64,000 nucleotides of DNA from an uncultured Clostridia bacterium (GTDB lineage: Bacteria; Bacillota; Clostridia; Christensenellales; UBA1242). The notes under the pieces were generated by a model. That model saw nothing but the letters and a program-made list of their open reading frames with translations. It ran no database searches and was not told the origin of the DNA. Location: contig CALWGY010000004.1 in assembly GCA_944380265.1 (NCBI GenBank), forward strand, positions 44,769 through 108,768, given 5' to 3'. The translations under genes and the position numbers were made by a program. Of this stretch, positions 9,001 to 17,652 are shown in pieces; within the stretch, counting starts at the first letter, position 1; every line of letters starts with the position of its first letter.

Positions 9001-10850
9001 ACTGTGAAACTATATTCAACATAAACATCATCACTGTTAGTAAAGTATAGCCTTAACAAATATTTTCCATTTTGTCCATTGCCAATAATGTTTGCATTTG
9101 AGGTTGTTTCCGATTTTGTGTAGGTTCCAGAAGCAATTAATGAGCCATCAAAATTATATTGCAAATATTGTGCTCTAATTGGTGCTTGATAAAAGCTTGT
9201 GTTACTCCAAGTTGCAGAAACTCCTGTGTTAACAAAACTGTTGTTTTTAATAATGTTTGCTTGAAGTTGGTCTGTTCCTTTGTAAAGGGTAACAGTTGGA
9301 GTTGAGTTGTCAATTTGGAAAACAAATGCTTGTGAGTGTTGAACTTGTGAACCGCTTGTTTCGTTTAGGTCTGGTGTTGTGTAACGGTCAAAAGTGTAGT
9401 TTATAATAATTTCATAATATCCAGCAGCGTCTAGGGTGGTGTCTTTTGTTATGTATCCACTTTCTTTAACTGTTTCAAATGTGCTATCAGTGTAAATTCT
9501 GTATGTTGACAATGGTTGATTGCCATTAAACTTAAATGCACTGTAATAGTCAAAATATATTGGCGCCAAGTTTGTTACAGGATAGGTGTTGTAATCCGAC
9601 AAATGATCTTTTTTAAAGCCATGTGTAAATTTGGAGTATCCATCTGTGCTGTTATAAATTTTGCTTGTAACATCTGCTTGGCTAATAATTGTTCCACCAT
9701 CTTTTTGTTTAAGTTCTGTTCCGCCATCTTTGGTAAAATATGCTTTCATACCAAAAATGTGAAGTTTTAATTTTCCTTTTTGTGCATTGGTTGTGTCGTA
9801 ATCTTCATTAACATCAGATGCTAAAATGTTATCTACCACAACATATTCAGGAATGGCTTCTGTTCCAACTTTTAACAAATATTTAATTTCAAAATTGTAA
9901 GTTCCAAGGTCGTCAAGATAAAGTGTTACAGGGTAGGTATCCAAACTTTCTTCGTTTTTAACTGGATTAATGTTATCAATTGTTTCAACCGTGGTGCTAC
10001 TTAACACTGTTTTTGTTAATGTTAAAGTTCCAAGTTTGGTGTTTGGGTCAACACTAAATGAAGTTGTAACATTTTCAGTGTCTTTGTTTTTTTCGCGGCT
10101 GTAAGTTATGTTATATCTTGAAGCATCAAAGCTAAATTCTGCCAAGTTTTCGTTTGTGTAGTTATAGTAAAATTGTTTAATGTTTGTTGAATCCATTCTT
10201 CCTTCGGTGGAATTGTTAATGGTAGGGAACTTGTCATAATTTCCTTGGTCTAACAAGTAAAATGAAAAATTGTATGTTTTTCCTGTGTAAACTGTTCCAT
10301 TTTCAACATATGAATAGTCAAATTGAAATTCATATAATCCTTCACCAAAGTTTTTTGCATCAAAATAGTCAAACCAATAATATCCATTTTCAATGTTGTT
10401 TGGCAAAAGTTCGCTTTTGTATTCTGTTACGTTGTTAACTTCAATTGTTTGTCCGTTAACTTTAACGAAAACACGCAAGTATGTTAAATATTTTTCAACA
10501 TCTTGTTCACCAAAACTTATGTAAAGGTTTTCAACATTAACTGTTCCGGTGGCAACGTCACGCTCTGCATTGTAGTTATAAAGCATAACATATTCGCCAT
10601 CGTTAACTGTGTTTTTAAATGATCCGTTATAAAAGTTTTCAGATGAATAAACAAATTTGCCATCACTCATTGATGTTGAAGTTCTGTCCATAATTCCAAC
10701 TTTAAATGGCACACCTTCAACAAGTGGTTCCGCATAAGTTGTTTTTGGTGGTTTATAAAAATATGCCGTAACCAAAATGCAACCTAAAACCAAAACGGTG
10801 GCAACTATTAATGATATGTTTAAAAATTTATTCCAACTAAATTTTTTCAT
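3072..10850 (-). CDS. Giant (2592 aa) surface protein with an N-terminal signal/anchor and a C-terminal TM anchor; candidate adhesin
   Basis: Uninterrupted 7.8-kb ORF. AGGAG lies 8 nt upstream of the ATG at 10850; the ORF-track start at 10883 has no RBS. The N-terminus is hydrophobic (FLNISLIVATVLVLGCILVTAYF). The body is rich in N/T/S/Y. The C-terminus is IIIIVVVSVIVVALTIVFIVIRRHLKFR. There is no LPXTG motif. Confidence 0.75.
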   Translation of the reverse strand: MKKFSWNKFLNISLIVATVLVLGCILVTAYFYKPPKTTYAEPLVEGVPFKVGIMDRTSTSMSDGKFVYSSENFYNGSFKNTVNDGEYVMLYNYNAERDVATGTVNVENLYISFGEQDVEKYLTYLRVFVKVNGQTIEVNNVTEYKSELLPNNIENGYYWFDYFDAKNFGEGLYEFQFDYSYVENGTVYTGKTYNFSFYLLDQGNYDKFPTINNSTEGRMDSTNIKQFYYNYTNENLAEFSFDASRYNITYSREKNKDTENVTTSFSVDPNTKLGTLTLTKTVLSSTTVETIDNINPVKNEESLDTYPVTLYLDDLGTYNFEIKYLLKVGTEAIPEYVVVDNILASDVNEDYDTTNAQKGKLKLHIFGMKAYFTKDGGTELKQKDGGTIISQADVTSKIYNSTDGYSKFTHGFKKDHLSDYNTYPVTNLAPIYFDYYSAFKFNGNQPLSTYRIYTDSTFETVKESGYITKDTTLDAAGYYEIIINYTFDRYTTPDLNETSGSQVQHSQAFVFQIDNSTPTVTLYKGTDQLQANIIKNNSFVNTGVSATWSNTSFYQAPIRAQYLQYNFDGSLIASGTYTKSETTSNANIIGNGQNGKYLLRLYFTNSDDVYVEYSFTVDTTPISDIMIRPIYRSNVSSSGSYNYVIVTDPNQVNFNNSSIINQPFTLTYSQKASGAAIRTIYYKIPYSSNNSAGTIKNLNSELVIENEFQIDSKNMSSGNIYNLNYASIASNNVSGDNAFLDEKSYIYIFNMADEAGNTATKYIIYDLSKPYVVVDSDAQTPEVDPIDNPYGIVTKEAKLTWGDYKGIKVDALVQNEIIDNAELQKIIDNEPDLFKLIDNVYYLCVPINKFNVTYTDTTNGATKTETLVLENSSFRNSVNIYPVAPENATQIQTFFSGDNKIYTYSITDASHITSATNIAKSNIRSSFIRMFLDNAQGIAYGTFPEDPELVSLIEGTSSATQLRFTYLPGDPDSDYYVKSVTYTYYDYDPSSYITINTNTGSEDNTYIGDYTQSIQNGVPYPKYPFAKTPSIENRSLAVSNLTVSENGEPQLDRAVTEVINPVSDGSSIVTRPGMYVIKREYEAKEGGDYQYDSVIRYYVYYVDRNGIIEIDPSVEDANIYQTTRSNMLYETGSGLIFNFSNPNTLGNYETYYTALQIQQYIAFASDTIFNSNKLPINFYVPFDKYNSRVTLTQSTDVTSSGDISNYVSTISTENSTNFNLKYKITTSDNNIVIDNTGDETIINSSYVTITQNNGYNSLRFVNESTYNVTIYDNSDNRTSQLDSETKEDPVNNSFTFSFQITHESPTGEYYSKYNDEDRSDMLLTAKSTTTNNITFNSLNNDSLRFRFRKNDDQYRAEVDPTTILVERKVNGSTTTIFNGTSSSSDDILTFVPDSIDTETGEQSETGYYILTIFDEQEYLQNGKAYLGGTGDNRDYLLSKTQNIEYIVTLQYVGNESDYVVNIPGQETKNYFKRTFNIILDRIKPQYNYQSLINLDNQKFAASESLDSARMDQYFFAVNENFEFIQNENLGGVLDSTQLYVRRLSAKNEDVDFPEYYKTYTPDDENYYEEGNTNHIRFSESNPSFSVRTYDLDGKLPASLVFTEGRGYYEVVERDEAGNYKVYAIYYNPDSTSNVINYSFEPALKTDSDSGQIPYIEDNEEKTTVEILGNQLKFVSINDLGQYNNDYFYKCIIEYGTTRRVITNNPNDRQNSNSWTEFLTLINNELAFTDVTTKDGYKITITFVNRLSNNYVITYRVPGDRLEPIFTDISQTEFTITIPNDNDSTYIKEFHVWKFTNGAWVEQSQDIRGNTIVKSYSTGASLQGRTYTFGLGEFKFQLIDVFERGRDQEEYPPYYKGMGVNDVRTINYGTSIEYEGVNHTASSVTLNYQTNLYLLSIFPYDFETGTYGNAISENDFSTYGITEQGVSDGVRTLIFENKEKNTIKQFRVELVVEKTNTKYTYYFAINKTLPEIELRNLSGGKLITSKNPNEPTIHTENFVITWDSNDAFNSQVSLKRDYVDAAGRQQTEYINNIANGYEVGLSGTYTASITNALGYTDTSYNIYFKLVSGEIVVYDVVTIDNGLEQILRPSPKTSTIVIDGVTKVLYRYYALSSFNNPTGSEKYIELRANKNKGIEYEQVVLPGEGGGEEGNEGEEPTGGLVKKVYRIYGASNYGYERYIEIIFVDEVTSDQGLGFTGITATYPIDNAGSIGTLDLTSGEIKTNVESITLTWDAYNNGTGNYEDLRGNLIYLDYYYNGNFIRTIYSDINEVNTLTITNAGIHRFKLYDLAGNEQTFGLSNELVINLVNNVLFTINNEDPINNRVFNGEVILEVTNRYLYYSDPVISATLNGQAITPENVGTSFYQYRFYEHGYYEVTIEARINQNETVTTTYCFTIINKNIALPCFSIPQNSNFTVTKLLKQNSDITHTLTSTSELWLSPASFGTGNYTITLSQFNNALNRNVEFTFEVWINNEVPYIYSSTTFGTSTTSSITLTYNPKIIYDQIGESYIAITGQPSIIINANSPNAISSYTLTENREYWIQIFSADDKLITSYKVTKNEPLNTTSIIIIVVVSVIVVALTIVFIVIRRHLKFR

Positions 10851-11122
10851 ATGTTTTGCTCCTAACAATTTTCCATTTTTCATTGCGTGTGTTGCGGATT
10901 TAATTTAACAAAACAAAAATAATCATAATCCGACAATTACTTATTAAATTTTAGCATACCAAAAATTTTTTGCCAAATAATATATATTATAATTTAATAT
11001 AAATTAAGTTAAACTTTTCTAATTATTAGGATTAGTAATAATCAAATAATTATGTGCAAAACAACAAAAAACAGCAAATTAATGCTGTTTTTATTGTTTT
11101 TAAATATCAAATTTAGTTGTTT

Positions 11123-13168
11123 TTAAATATCAAAGTCACCAAAATCACTAAACGAGTTTGAACTGCTTTGTGCATTAACATTTAAAACTTTTTTGTTTCT
11201 TTCCCTTATGTCGTAGTAAACCTTGCTTTCATCAAGCATTTTTGGAATGATGTAATCATCTTGTGGAGGTTGCATATCATAAAACTTTTGTGCTTGTGGT
11301 AAGTAACTTGGGGTTGTTTTAACTTTAATTGGGTTTTGTTTTAAAATTGAAACAATAAGTTCATCTTTCAAACTTCCAAGTTCGGCAGGATAAATTAATG
11401 GACGAGAATCAATATTAACACTTGTGGTTGTTGTGCTTTGTTCATCTTTTTTGCCTTTTGAAGTTGTTGTGCTTTCTGTTTCAACAGTGATGTTTCCACA
11501 ACGTTTGCTAAAATCTTCTTGTGTTGCTGGGTCGTTTGAACCAATGTAAACGTGAATGTTACAGTTATCTTTTATGGTTGCTGCAACTTTTTCATCATAT
11601 TTAATTGCAAGTTGTTGATATGATTGAAGCATTAAATAGAAAAAAATGTTTCTGGAACGAGCAACAGTTATCATTGTTTCGAAGTTTTGAATTGCTGGCA
11701 TGTTTGCAAATTCATCCAGAATGTAATAAACAGTTCTAGGAAGTGCACCACCGCGTTTGTTTGCAGTGTCAACCAAAATTTTGTAAAGTTGGCTAATAAA
11801 CATGCTGGCAATTGCGTGACGTGTTACTTTTTCATCAGGAATTTTAATAAACAGAGCAGTTGGTTGGTCGGTAAATGTTTTTAAGTCCATTTCGTTTGTG
11901 TGGGTTGCGTAGCACACACCCATGTCACTAAACAAGTTTAATCTTTCCGAAACAATACCCATATAAGATTTTTTGGTGTTATCGGCATTGGTGATAACTT
12001 GGTTTGCAAGTTGTGTTGCTTGACTTAAATGGTCACGTCCAGCAAAGTAATCACTAATGGTTTTCATTGGATTAAATGGGTCGTTATCTTTAAAGTTTGC
12101 AATTTTTGCAACGTTATAAAAGTTAAATTTTTCTTTTGTCATGCCAAGTTCTGGTTTTTCACTGTCTTCAAGCATGGCAAGCATAATTGCCAAAATAAAG
12201 TCTTTTGCACCACTTTCCCATGTTGGGTCGGATTTGCTTAGCACTGGGCAAAGTGTCATGGCAATGTCTTTAAGGTCTTCCATTGCTTCCGATTTTAGTT
12301 GTTGCCTTAATCCACCAATTTGTGATTTAACTGTGTTCATATCGGCAAAAGCAACTCCATTAAATTCATACCATTCCGAATAGTAAACGCTGCTTGCAAG
12401 CCTCAAATTAGGGTAGTTGCGTGGGTCATCTCCACGGTGCACCAAAATTTCTTTTTCCAAATTGTTTGCACGAGTGTAAAACTCATATGGTCTTGTCATT
12501 GGGTTCCAACAAGTGCTTTTAAATGGGTCTTTTAGGTCAAAAACCAACACTCTGTAACCTTTTTTTCTTAATTTTGCACTATGAAAATCGTAAAGTTCAC
12601 CTTTTGGGTCAGTTATAACCATGCATGGTTTTGCGTGTGATTCGCTATAAACCTGAATGGTTGGGTTAACAAATTGTGTTGTTTTACCAGTTCCGGTTGT
12701 TCCAATTACAAGCGTGTGAATGTTTTTATACATGTTAACAAGCATTCTTCCACCAACAACTTCGGCTCTAATTAAAACGCCAATGTTATCTGTTCTTGGA
12801 AGATCGCTGTAATAGCAAAACATAAATGCTTTGTTTGTTCTTAACTCTTCCGATGTTACCCAATGTGAATCGTAATATTTTTTAAGTCCACCCTTGGTTT
12901 TAATTTTTGCTCCGCTTGATGAATCGTTTGAACCTTTCATAAGTTTTGATAAGTAGTAAAGTGCAAGAAGCAATATGCCAATTACCAAAGTTATTAAAAA
13001 TGTGCCATTAAACAGCAAATTAGGGTCAAACACAATTGAATTGTTTTCTGCAACCGAAGCAACAATATACGACACTATAACAAGTCCAATAATAATACCA
13101 AAGGCAATTAGCATGTGCTTAACAATTTTTTCTGCCAGTGGTTTTTTTTCTTTATCGTCTTTTCCCAT
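11123..13168 (-). CDS. virD4: Type IV coupling protein (VirD4/TraG/TcpA family ATPase)
   Basis: Two N-terminal TM helices, Walker A GTTGTGKT, Walker B-like YYILDEFANMP, and a TraG-type block FFYLMLQSYQQL. The length of 681 aa is typical of the family. Confidence 0.85.
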   Translation of the reverse strand: MGKDDKEKKPLAEKIVKHMLIAFGIIIGLVIVSYIVASVAENNSIVFDPNLLFNGTFLITLVIGILLLALYYLSKLMKGSNDSSSGAKIKTKGGLKKYYDSHWVTSEELRTNKAFMFCYYSDLPRTDNIGVLIRAEVVGGRMLVNMYKNIHTLVIGTTGTGKTTQFVNPTIQVYSESHAKPCMVITDPKGELYDFHSAKLRKKGYRVLVFDLKDPFKSTCWNPMTRPYEFYTRANNLEKEILVHRGDDPRNYPNLRLASSVYYSEWYEFNGVAFADMNTVKSQIGGLRQQLKSEAMEDLKDIAMTLCPVLSKSDPTWESGAKDFILAIMLAMLEDSEKPELGMTKEKFNFYNVAKIANFKDNDPFNPMKTISDYFAGRDHLSQATQLANQVITNADNTKKSYMGIVSERLNLFSDMGVCYATHTNEMDLKTFTDQPTALFIKIPDEKVTRHAIASMFISQLYKILVDTANKRGGALPRTVYYILDEFANMPAIQNFETMITVARSRNIFFYLMLQSYQQLAIKYDEKVAATIKDNCNIHVYIGSNDPATQEDFSKRCGNITVETESTTTSKGKKDEQSTTTTSVNIDSRPLIYPAELGSLKDELIVSILKQNPIKVKTTPSYLPQAQKFYDMQPPQDDYIIPKMLDESKVYYDIRERNKKVLNVNAQSSSNSFSDFGDFDI

Positions 13169-13484
13169 ATTTCACCTTAAATTAAATGTATTTTTTTGCT
13201 TAAAACAGCAATATCAACTAATAATAGTATATATATTAGTTCAACTTTTTACAAATTATTTTAAAAACTTTTAGTAAATTTGATTAATAAATCTTAAATT
13301 GTTAATAAATAATACAACAAGAAAGTTTAAAACTAAAAAATAAAAAAATAATGTAGTCAATAAAATTAGCAAAATTATGGTTTGATTTTTACTAGTTAAA
13401 ACGTCAAATTTGTTAAGTATTGGTTTTGTTTAGTTAAATATATTTTTTAAAACTTATGCAAAACATTTGTTTTAATTAAATTTA

Positions 13485-13502
13485 TGTGCTAAAATTAGCA
13501 CA
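13485..13502. promoter_or_regulatory. Perfect 8+8 inverted repeat TGTGCTAA-AA-TTAGCACA; candidate operator
   Basis: Read directly from the sequence. It ends 40 nt upstream of the pilin-like gene start, inside the divergent virD4 / pilin-like control region. Confidence 0.4.
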
Positions 13503-13541
13503 AGATATGACAATACGACAAAATGTTGGAGGGGTTTTTAT

Positions 13542-13919
13542 ATGCAAATGTTACTTATGCAAATTGCTCAATCAGTTATGGGATTATTTGCAGGATTGAG
13601 TATGTTAGGTGATACACCTGAAGAAGAAGTAAATGATTTTTATAATAGAGTTTTTAAACCAGTTGTTGACATCCTAGATGCAATGCTTGTTCCAATTTTA
13701 ATTTTGGTTGGAACTGCTGGTTCAATTTATGCAATTGTTTTAGGTGTTAATTTCAGTAAAGCAGAAAGTGCAGATAAGCGTGAAGAAGCTAAAAAACGTA
13801 TGATTAATGCAATTATTGGTTTAGTTGTAACCATTTTATTGTTAATCTTGTTAAAACTATTCACTGCAAACGCACAAGCTATTGCAAATTGGATTAATTC
13901 ATTTAATCCTGCCGAATAA
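13542..13919 (+). CDS. Small pilin-like (VirB2/TrbC-type topology) membrane protein
   Basis: GGAGG RBS; 125 aa. A hydrophobic N-terminal segment is followed by two TM helices separated by the charged loop KAESADKREEAKKRM. The gene lies directly upstream of the VirB6-like and VirB4 genes. The assignment rests on size, topology and position only. Confidence 0.45.
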   Translation: MQMLLMQIAQSVMGLFAGLSMLGDTPEEEVNDFYNRVFKPVVDILDAMLVPILILVGTAGSIYAIVLGVNFSKAESADKREEAKKRMINAIIGLVVTILLLILLKLFTANAQAIANWINSFNPAE

Positions 13920-13946
13920 AGTTAAAAATAAGTAATATTTTAACAT

Positions 13947-13980
13947 AAAAAGCATGCAGTTTTTGCGTGCTTTTTTGTTT
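13947..13980 (+). terminator. Intrinsic terminator after the pilin-like gene
   Basis: Stem AGCATGC/GCGTGCT (one G-U pair) followed by TTTTTT. Confidence 0.7.
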
Positions 13981-14672
13981 TTTAAAATAAGTAAGAAAAA
14001 TGGCTTTAATTGGTGGTTTTTAATTAATCATTTTTAATAAAATATTTGCATTAATTGTGTTTTAATAGTTAATTTTTTAATAATTGATTAAAAAATTGTT
14101 TAATTAAAATTTAAAAATTTGTTTAAATAAACAATTAAAATTTTAGTTTAAAATTAAAGTTTTTTTAAAATTAAATTTTTAATATTTTCAATGTTTGACT
14201 ATATGATCTTTTAGTGGCGTATGTAAAATAAACAAAAATTTAGTTAATATTGTAATTTATTTTAAAGTTTAAATTACCCAAAATTAGATTAACAAAAAAT
14301 TTAGTAATTCCATAAAAATTTAATTTTTAAAATGATTAACAAAAAAGATAATTTAAAATGATGGCAGTTTTATTGTTAAAAATTGATATAAAAGCAAAAT
14401 TGAAATGAAATTTTTAATTATTATTAATAAATTGCACATGCTATATTAACGAAAATATATATAAAATGATAGATATTTATAACATTTTATTGATTTTTGC
14501 CGTTTTATGTAGTAAAATTGAAACAAGGATAAAAGTTTTAGGCAGAAAAAATGATTTACAATTTGTTGTTTTAAATTTTGAAAAATTAATTTAATTTTTA
14601 CTTCGCATAATGTTCCTTATGGGAAGTGAGTAAAAAAGACAACAAAAAAATTGCTTTTTGGAGGAAGGATTT

Positions 14673-17099
14673 ATGCATTTTGCATCAATGTCATTAGGTA
14701 TTTTCGACTTTTTAATCGACTGGCTAACAGAGTTTTTACTTTGGCTTGTTGGCTTGGTGTTCGATTTGATTGGAATACTTATTGCAAACATTTTTTATGG
14801 CGTGGCGATAAGTTTTTTAAATTTAATTGATACAATTCAGCAAATATTTAGAAAACTTTGTGGTATGGATGTTTATTGGGTTGGTAATGTTGCCACAGAA
14901 GGCACTGATCCACTGCTAAGTTTGATAACTGATCAAACTGTTGTGCAAATTTTAATTGCATTAAGCTTGGTTGCAGTTGTTATGGTTGTTGTTGCTGCAA
15001 TCATTCAAATAATTAGAACCGAGTTTTCAACTGAAGGCAGTAAAAACAGCAAAGGTCAAATTTTTGGTCAAGCATTAAAAAGTTTGTTAATGTTTTTCTT
15101 AGTCCCAGTTTGTTGTATTGGCGGTATTGGTTTGTCTAATGCACTTTTAAAAACAGTTGATGCAGCAACAACTCCACAAAGTAGCAGTGGAGCATCAACC
15201 ATAGGAGCATCAATTTATGTTGCTGCTGTTTATGGAACAAATTTGGTTAGAAATGGAGAAAATGTTTCTCAAGCCGACTTGGAATCGATTGGAATTAATG
15301 TGCAATTAAACGATACAACACGTATGGAAGTTGCAAATTTAATTGATAACGCATTTAGAGGTAATTCGGTTTTATATGAAAACAATGATACCGCAAGAAA
15401 ATTTTATAATATAAATGATATTAACTTTATTTTATTTATTGGTGGCGGAGTTTTGGCGGCATATATTATGCTTATGGCAGCTTTTGGTATTATTATTAGA
15501 CTTATTAAAGGTGTTGTGTTGTTTATGGTATCACCACCAATGGTTGCTTTAATGCCATTAGATGGAGGCAGTGCATTTAAAAGATGGCGTGAAAACTTTT
15601 TAAAACAAGTTCTTGCTGCATATGGTTCAATTATTGGCTTAAATCTATTATTTTTATTGCTTCCTGTGTTAGCAAATATAAACCTATTTGATCCTTCAAC
15701 AAGCAGTGGCGGAAATGCAAACGCATTTGTTCAAATGTTATTCACCCTTAGTGGACTATTAATGTTTAAAGACATTTCATTGATGATTGCAAACATGGTT
15801 GGTGCAGAAGATGCAAGTTCAACAGGTGCTGGAGCTGCTCAAAAAGTTTTAGGAGCAGCCACAAAAGTTGGAACAGTTGCTGTTGGTGGAGCTCTTGGAC
15901 TTGGAGCTAAAGGTGTTGGCGCAATGGCTGGTGGAATTTCTAAAAAATTGGGTGATTCAAAGGCTGGTGCAGCATTTGGTGCAATTTCTAACACTGTTGG
16001 CGGATTTGGTAATAAAAGCTTACAAAAAGCAAAAGGAACTGCTGGTTCTGCATTAAACAAAGTTGCTTCAACCGCAACTGGTGGAGTTTCAAAAGGTCCA
16101 TTTAGTGGCGAAACAGATTATGATAGAGCGAAAAAAGCAAAAGCTGATAAGGCTGAAGCGAAAGCAAATAGAATTAAAAATGGAGAGGCAGGAATTGGCG
16201 ATTATATTAATCTAGATGCAGGTAAAATTGTTGGTGGTGTCTTAGGTGGTGCAGATGCAATGTTGGGTCACTTACCAAGTAAGGGATTAAAAGCTGCTGG
16301 CCGTGGACTAAAAAATGTTGGTGGTAAAATTAAAAATTCTAAACCTGTACAAGCCGCTTCAGATTGGCTACATGACACTGGAGATGCTATTAAAAATTCA
16401 GGATTTGGAAAATGGACTGCTAAAACAGCTGAAAAAATTGGTGCAGGTATATCAAGCGGAGCGGAAATTGGATCTGCAGTTTATAGCTCATATAGCGATG
16501 GTGGTTCTAAGCTTGCTACTGCCAGAACGGAATCTAGTGTTAATCGTTTAGCAGCATCTGCTGTGTTAGGTGATCTTGAAGGTGCAAATAAGAAAACTGC
16601 AGAAATTCTTGGAAAGTTTATTAAAGATTTTACTGCTGCTCAAGGCAAAAATGATATTGATGGTGTTAATGCTGCAATTAATGCACTTTCTTCACAAGGT
16701 GGCGATATTAAGGATATTGAATCCATCCTTCAAAGGATGCTTGCATTCCAACAAAGCTTGAATGGTATGACTGCAGCAGAAAAACAAACACATATTGCAA
16801 ATATGGATGTTGCATCATTAAGAGCTGATTCAGACAAAATTATTAACGAAGCTAATGATAATGCAACAAGTATTCGTGCTGCAATTAGTGGAGAACTAAA
16901 ACTTGATGCTAGTGGTAATCCAACTGGAAAAGTTGATTTATCTGGAGATGCACTTGAAAAAGTTTATGAAAAAGTTGCTAATGCTGTAACCAAGAAAGGC
17001 GTAAAACTTTCACCTGAAGAAATTACAAAAATGAAAAAAGAGCTTGCAGAAGCAACAGAAAAAAAATTAAAAGAAGCTTTAGAAAAGAAGAAAAAATAA
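14673..17099 (+). CDS. VirB6/TrbL/TcpH-like polytopic membrane protein with a ~430-aa Gly/Ala/Lys-rich and coiled-coil C-terminal extension
   Basis: GGAGG precedes ATG 14673; the ORF-track TTG at 14658 overlaps the RBS. The N-terminal ~380 aa contains at least 6 hydrophobic helices. A low-complexity tract (GAGAAQKVLGAATKVGTVAVGGALGLGAKGVG...) follows, and the protein ends KKLKEALEKKKK. The assignment rests on topology and on position between the pilin-like gene and VirB4. Confidence 0.5.
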   Translation: MHFASMSLGIFDFLIDWLTEFLLWLVGLVFDLIGILIANIFYGVAISFLNLIDTIQQIFRKLCGMDVYWVGNVATEGTDPLLSLITDQTVVQILIALSLVAVVMVVVAAIIQIIRTEFSTEGSKNSKGQIFGQALKSLLMFFLVPVCCIGGIGLSNALLKTVDAATTPQSSSGASTIGASIYVAAVYGTNLVRNGENVSQADLESIGINVQLNDTTRMEVANLIDNAFRGNSVLYENNDTARKFYNINDINFILFIGGGVLAAYIMLMAAFGIIIRLIKGVVLFMVSPPMVALMPLDGGSAFKRWRENFLKQVLAAYGSIIGLNLLFLLLPVLANINLFDPSTSSGGNANAFVQMLFTLSGLLMFKDISLMIANMVGAEDASSTGAGAAQKVLGAATKVGTVAVGGALGLGAKGVGAMAGGISKKLGDSKAGAAFGAISNTVGGFGNKSLQKAKGTAGSALNKVASTATGGVSKGPFSGETDYDRAKKAKADKAEAKANRIKNGEAGIGDYINLDAGKIVGGVLGGADAMLGHLPSKGLKAAGRGLKNVGGKIKNSKPVQAASDWLHDTGDAIKNSGFGKWTAKTAEKIGAGISSGAEIGSAVYSSYSDGGSKLATARTESSVNRLAASAVLGDLEGANKKTAEILGKFIKDFTAAQGKNDIDGVNAAINALSSQGGDIKDIESILQRMLAFQQSLNGMTAAEKQTHIANMDVASLRADSDKIINEANDNATSIRAAISGELKLDASGNPTGKVDLSGDALEKVYEKVANAVTKKGVKLSPEEITKMKKELAEATEKKLKEALEKKKK

Positions 17100-17113
17100 T
17101 TTTTAAAGCATAT

Positions 17114-17143
17114 AAAAAGGTTCGGTATTTCCGAACCTTTTTT
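17114..17143 (+). terminator. Intrinsic terminator after the VirB6-like gene
   Basis: Stem GGTTCGG/CCGAACC, loop TATTT, then TTTTTT. Confidence 0.8.
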
Positions 17144-17652
17144 ATGATTATACTTTAATTAAAAATAATTAAGATTAAGTTCAAAATTTATTTTTTTAAA
17201 TGAAAAACAACAATAATTACTGGCAATAGATATTGTTTTGTTAAGATGTTTTTTATACTAATTAAAAAGACCGCTATTTTATTTGAAATCGTTAAGATCT
17301 TTAAAATTTATTAATATTAAAAAAATATAATAATTAATACATAATTAAAAATAAAATTGTGTAGCATCTAGATATTTTTTATTATAGTTTTTTTATTTTT
17401 TGTTGTGTAGTCACGAAAGCATTGAAACCACACGAATTTATTTGAGAAGAACATCTTTAGAACAACAAGAAATTGTTAATTCGGTGGTTAATTGGTAATT
17501 TTTATTGCATTTTTAATTGAGTTTTCACAAAAACTATTAGTAAATTATTGTTAAATTTTCTTTTCAATATTTAATATTTATTATATACTAAAATATATAA
17601 GTGCGGGGTTTTCCGCAAATTTAAATTACGTGGTTTTAAAAGAGGAAAAGTT

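Noticed and set aside
10760-10850. A possible lipobox (VLVLGC) in the N-terminus of the giant surface protein.
   Set aside because: The residue at -2 does not fit the usual L-[ASTVI]-[GAS]-C pattern, and the hydrophobic stretch continues after the Cys. A signal anchor or ordinary signal peptide is more likely.
14591-14791. 66-aa minus-strand ORF overlapping the start of the VirB6-like gene. The same applies to the many 60-130 aa ORFs nested in or antisense to long genes, for example 4310..4696, 19650..19964, 23039..23447 and 49923..50297.
   Set aside because: They have no RBS, low-complexity or odd composition, and lie fully inside strongly supported genes. They are typical shadow ORFs of AT-rich DNA.
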